From Bifidobacterium longum subsp. longum JCM 1217 (GTDB lineage Bacteria; Actinomycetota; Actinomycetes; Actinomycetales; Bifidobacteriaceae), in contig NC_015067.1 in NCBI RefSeq assembly GCF_000196555.1, positions 1,560,001 to 1,592,000 on the forward strand: 32,000 bases of DNA, in the 5' to 3' direction. Below, one piece after another: positions 28,806 through 32,000 of the stretch. Each line of letters opens with the position of its first letter. The first letter of the stretch is position 1. Made by a program: the position numbers and the translations under genes. The notes under the pieces were generated by a model. It was not told the origin of the DNA. It was given only the letters and a program-made list of their open reading frames with translations, and ran no database searches.

Positions 28806-30362
28806 ATGACTGACTTCACTCCCGAAACCCCTGTTCTCACCCCCATCCGCGACCACGCTGCTGAACTGGCAAAAGCCGAAGCCGGCGTGGCTGAGATGGC
28901 CGCCAAGCGCAACAACCGCTGGTACCCGAAGTATCACATCGCCTCCAACGGTGGCTGGATCAACGACCCGAACGGCCTGTGCTTCTACAAGGGCCTCTGG
29001 CACGTGTTCTACCAGCTGCACCCCTACGGCACCCAGTGGGGTCCGATGCACTGGGGCCACGTCTCCTCCACCGACATGCTCAGCTGGAAGCGCGAGCCCA
29101 TCATGTTCGCACCGTCTCTAGAGCAGGAGAAGGACGGCGTGTTCTCCGGTTCCGCCGTCATCGACGACAACGGCGACCTTCGCTTCTACTACACCGGCCA
29201 CCGTTGGGCCAACGGCCACGACAACACCGGCGGCGACTGGCAGGTGCAGATGACCGCGCTGCCGGACAATGACGAGCTCACCTCCGCCACCAAGCAGGGC
29301 ATGATCATCGACTGCCCGACCGACAAGGTCGACCACCACTACCGCGACCCGAAGGTCTGGAAGACCGGCGACACCTGGTACATGACCTTCGGTGTCTCCT
29401 CTGCGGACAAGCGCGGCCAGATGTGGCTGTTCTCCTCCAAGGACATGGTCCGCTGGGAATACGAGCGCGTGCTCTTCCAGCACCCGGATCCGGATGTGTT
29501 CATGCTCGAATGCCCCGACTTCTTCCCCATCAAAGACAAGGACGGCAACGAGAAGTGGGTCATTGGCTTCTCCGCCATGGGGTCCAAGCCCAGCGGCTTC
29601 ATGAACCGCAACGTCAGCAACGCCGGCTACATGATCGGCACGTGGGAGCCGGGCGGCGAATTCAAGCCGGAAACCGAGTTCCGCCTGTGGGATTGCGGCC
29701 ACAACTACTACGCCCCGCAGTCCTTCAATGTGGAAGGCCGTCAGATCGTCTATGGCTGGATGAGCCCGTTCGTGCAGCCGATTCCCATGGAGGATGACGG
29801 CTGGTGTGGCCAGCTCACCCTGCCGCGCGAGATCACTCTTGGTGATGACGGCGACGTGGTCACCGCGCCGGTCGCCGAAATGGAAGGCCTGCGCGAGGAT
29901 ACCCTCGACCATGGTTCGATCACACTCGACATGGATGGCGAGCAGATCATCGCCGATGACGCCGAGGCCGTGGAAATCGAAATGACCATCGACTTGGCTG
30001 CCTCCACTGCCGAGCGTGCGGGTCTGAAGATTCACGCCACTGAGGACGGTGCCTACACCTACGTGGCTTATGACGACCAGATCGGCCGCGTGGTGGTGGA
30101 TCGTCAGGCCATGGCCAACGGCGATCGCGGCTACCGCGCCGCCCCACTGACCGACGCCGAACTGGCCTCCGGCAAGCTGGACCTGCGCGTGTTCGTGGAT
30201 CGCGGCTCCGTGGAGGTCTACGTCAACGGTGGCCACCAAGTGCTGAGCTCCTACTCCTACGCCTCCGAAGGCCCGCGCGCCATCAAGCTCGTCGCCGAGT
30301 CCGGTAGTCTCAAGGTGGATTCCCTGAAGCTCCACCACATGAAGTCCATCGGACTGGAGTAG
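28806..30362 (+). CDS. cscA: GH32 beta-fructofuranosidase (sucrose/fructo-oligosaccharide hydrolase)
   Basis: The catalytic motifs WINDPNG, YRDPKVW and MLECPDFF are all present. 518 aa from ATG 28806 (RBS GAAAGGA); the track ORF from 28722 overlaps the end of cscB. Confidence 0.93.
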   Translation: MTDFTPETPVLTPIRDHAAELAKAEAGVAEMAAKRNNRWYPKYHIASNGGWINDPNGLCFYKGLWHVFYQLHPYGTQWGPMHWGHVSSTDMLSWKREPIMFAPSLEQEKDGVFSGSAVIDDNGDLRFYYTGHRWANGHDNTGGDWQVQMTALPDNDELTSATKQGMIIDCPTDKVDHHYRDPKVWKTGDTWYMTFGVSSADKRGQMWLFSSKDMVRWEYERVLFQHPDPDVFMLECPDFFPIKDKDGNEKWVIGFSAMGSKPSGFMNRNVSNAGYMIGTWEPGGEFKPETEFRLWDCGHNYYAPQSFNVEGRQIVYGWMSPFVQPIPMEDDGWCGQLTLPREITLGDDGDVVTAPVAEMEGLREDTLDHGSITLDMDGEQIIADDAEAVEIEMTIDLAASTAERAGLKIHATEDGAYTYVAYDDQIGRVVVDRQAMANGDRGYRAAPLTDAELASGKLDLRVFVDRGSVEVYVNGGHQVLSSYSYASEGPRAIKLVAESGSLKVDSLKLHHMKSIGLE

Positions 30363-30370
30363 CTCTTTCA

Positions 30371-30396
30371 CCTCCCTCTGACGAGGGAGGTTTTTT
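30371..30396 (+). terminator. Rho-independent terminator of the cscBA operon
   Basis: CCTCCCTC-tgac-GAGGGAGG followed directly by TTTTTTGTG, 9 nt after the cscA stop. Confidence 0.8.
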
Positions 30397-30556
30397 GTGC
30401 GCCCTGTCGTTCGCCTTCGCCTATACTGATGGACGGCATATAACACGATCCATCACACGACCGGCAGGCGCGCAGGCTCCTCACCTTACTGTTCCACGCC
30501 CCGGCCGCAAGCGCCACCAGCAAACCGGACTGGCGCGGAAAGCAAGGTGACATCCC

Positions 30557-31339
30557 ATGTCCATCGCCAAGCGCCTCAAGCGCCGCATGCCCACCGTCAT
30601 CGCCGTCATCGTATTGCTGGCAGTCTGGGAAACGTGGGTGGATCTAGGACATGTCTCCCCCACGATGATCTCCGCGCCAAGCGAGATTTTCGCCGCCACC
30701 ATCGAAACATGGAACACGCTCGGCCCGGCCGCGGCAATCACCGGCTATGAGGGCGTGGTCGGCTTCCTGTTTGCCGTGTTCTTCGGCATTATGATCGGCA
30801 TTGCACTGTACTGCTCGCACACGTTCAACGCGGCGTTCTATCCGCTGCTTGCCGCCGCACAAACCATGCCGCTGATTTCCATCGCCCCGTTGTTCCTGAT
30901 TTGGTTCGGTTTTGAGATTTCCGGCAAAATCGTAATCGTGGCGGTATTCGGCCTCTTCCCCATCGCCGTGCAGACTGTGCGCGGACTAGAAGCAGTGCCC
31001 CAGTTCTATTCCGACGTCGCATTGACCTGCGGCGCGACCCCGGTCTGGACGCTCTGGCACGTGAAGCTGCGCGTTGCCGCACGTCAGATCTATGGCGGTA
31101 TCCGAGTATCTGCCGCATACATCTTCGCCACGGCATCCACCGCTGAATACCTTGGCGCACGCAAGGGCCTTGGCATCTGGCTGCAGGCTGCCTACAATTC
31201 ATTCCGCACGCCGCTGATCTTCTCCGCCACCATCGTCATTATCCTGATGACATGCGTACTGATGCTGGCGGTAAACGCCAGCGAGCGCATCCTGCTCGGC
31301 CCGGCCGGCGACGACGAAGACCCCGACGCGGACCAGTAG
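30557..31339 (+). CDS. ABC transporter permease, NitT/TauT (SsuC/ThiX-like) family
   Basis: 260 aa, about 6 TM segments. An EAA-like loop region (...YSDVALTCGATPVWTLWHVKLRVAARQIYGGIRVSAAYIFATASTAEYLGA.KGLG) is typical of this family. Confidence 0.8.
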   Translation: MSIAKRLKRRMPTVIAVIVLLAVWETWVDLGHVSPTMISAPSEIFAATIETWNTLGPAAAITGYEGVVGFLFAVFFGIMIGIALYCSHTFNAAFYPLLAAAQTMPLISIAPLFLIWFGFEISGKIVIVAVFGLFPIAVQTVRGLEAVPQFYSDVALTCGATPVWTLWHVKLRVAARQIYGGIRVSAAYIFATASTAEYLGARKGLGIWLQAAYNSFRTPLIFSATIVIILMTCVLMLAVNASERILLGPAGDDEDPDADQ

Positions 31340-31597
31340 TTCTTTTTTACCGTCAAAGGCACGAGCCGGCAGCCAGGACCGACTGAACGAGGCGGCTTCT
31401 CATGAGGTCTCCAACCCTGTCTCTATAATGGAACAGCTTTACCAGCGTGTGGCAAACCGGCTTTCCCGAGCTTTCATAGGGAATGTCGGGGGCGCTGGTC
31501 GAACGGAAATCAAGGCCCTCCATATCGTTTTCTGCCGACTTCCGTTCGAAGCAATCCCAGAGAACGATAGAGAGACAACGAATTAGGGAACCATCAT

Positions 31598-32000
31598 TAT
31601 GAAGAAAAGCCTTGTATCCAAGGCCGCTGCCCTCGTGGGCGCCCTTGCCATGACTTTCGGTTTCGCCGCATGTGGCCAGACCAACACCGCCGACTCCTCC
31701 AACTCCAACACCTCCGACCTCAAGAAGGTCACTTTCATGCTTTCCTGGGCACCCGATACCAACCACATCGGCGTGTACGTGGCCAAGAACAAGGGCTACT
31801 TCAAGGACGCCGGCCTTGACGTGGATATCGTGGCCGTGGCCCAGGCCGGTGCCGAACAGGCCGTGAACAACGGTGTGGCCGACTTCGCCCTGTCCAACCT
31901 GACCAACGTGGGCGTCTACACGCTGAAGGGCGCTCACATCAAGCAGGTGCTGCAGGTGCAGCAGAAGCCGAGCGCCATTTGGTGCGCACTGGCGTCCAAC
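31598..32000 (+). CDS. Lipoprotein substrate-binding protein, NMT1/THI5-like (SsuA/ThiY-type), 5' part only (runs off the right edge)
   Basis: Hand translation: MKKSLVSKAAALVGALAMTFGFAAC (signal peptide + lipobox), then GQT...KVTFMLSWAPDTNHIGVYVAKNKGYFKDAGLDVDIV. Open to the window end and absent from the ORF track because no stop is seen. Confidence 0.8.

Noticed and set aside
27578-30446. 445-aa and 442-aa - strand ORFs
   Set aside because: They are antisense to cscB and cscA, both of which carry diagnostic family motifs. The antisense products are H/G/V/D-rich low-complexity sequence.
31340-31597. Second TPP riboswitch in front of the NMT1/THI5-like binding protein
   Set aside because: The conserved CUGAGA and ACCC..GAACCUGAUC..GCGUAGGGA elements are absent. 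Only a short ACCAGCG resemblance exists.
31353-31937. 194-aa - strand ORF
   Set aside because: It is antisense to the lipoprotein binding-protein gene, which has a clear signal peptide and lipobox and is open to the window end.

Overview
High-GC actinobacterial chromosome. Gene content and order suggest Bifidobacterium, probably the B. longum group; this is inference from membrane-anchored serpin + LacI + cscB/cscA, a thiamine cluster, and ftsZ-sepF-yggT-divIVA-lspA-rluD. Most of the window (about 5.8-32 kb) is ordinary core or niche-adaptation DNA: the distal cell-division cluster, dus, glyQS, a TPP-riboswitch-controlled thiM/thiE-thiC/thiD cluster with a YkoF-like thiamine-binding protein, an MFS transporter, the serpin operon, the sucrose/FOS locus (LacI, permease, GH32 beta-fructofuranosidase), and the start of an ABC importer. 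The exception is the left 5.8 kb, which is visibly AT-richer. Spot counts of 60-nt lines there give about 30-45% GC, against about 60-72% in the core. This stretch looks like a horizontally acquired island. It holds a WYL-domain regulator transcribed divergently from an operon of (i) an 878-aa DnaE1-derived protein and (ii) an AddB/RexB-like helicase-nuclease subunit. The DnaE1-derived protein keeps a complete-looking PHP metal site. It appears to have lost all three polymerase catalytic aspartates, part of the fingers, and the OB/tau C-terminus. The AddB-like gene runs off the left edge and is absent from the ORF track because it has no stop in the window. I consider this WYL + dead-polymerase/PHP + AddB-like module the best candidate for an undescribed system (defence or damage response), but its function is inferred, not shown. 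Other points worth a second look: an array of six 12-bp CATGGGGCGGTA boxes (3 direct + 3 inverted, strict 19-bp phasing) at 21.8-22.0 kb; decayed two-component-system remnants next to the serpin operon; a perfect 30-bp palindromic operator over the cscB promoter; a recurrent near-identical GC-rich stem-loop family; and 11 tandem 33-bp (11-aa) repeats inside divIVA. I saw no rRNA, tRNA, CRISPR array or intact IS element. Many long ORFs in the track are antisense shadow ORFs typical of high-GC DNA.
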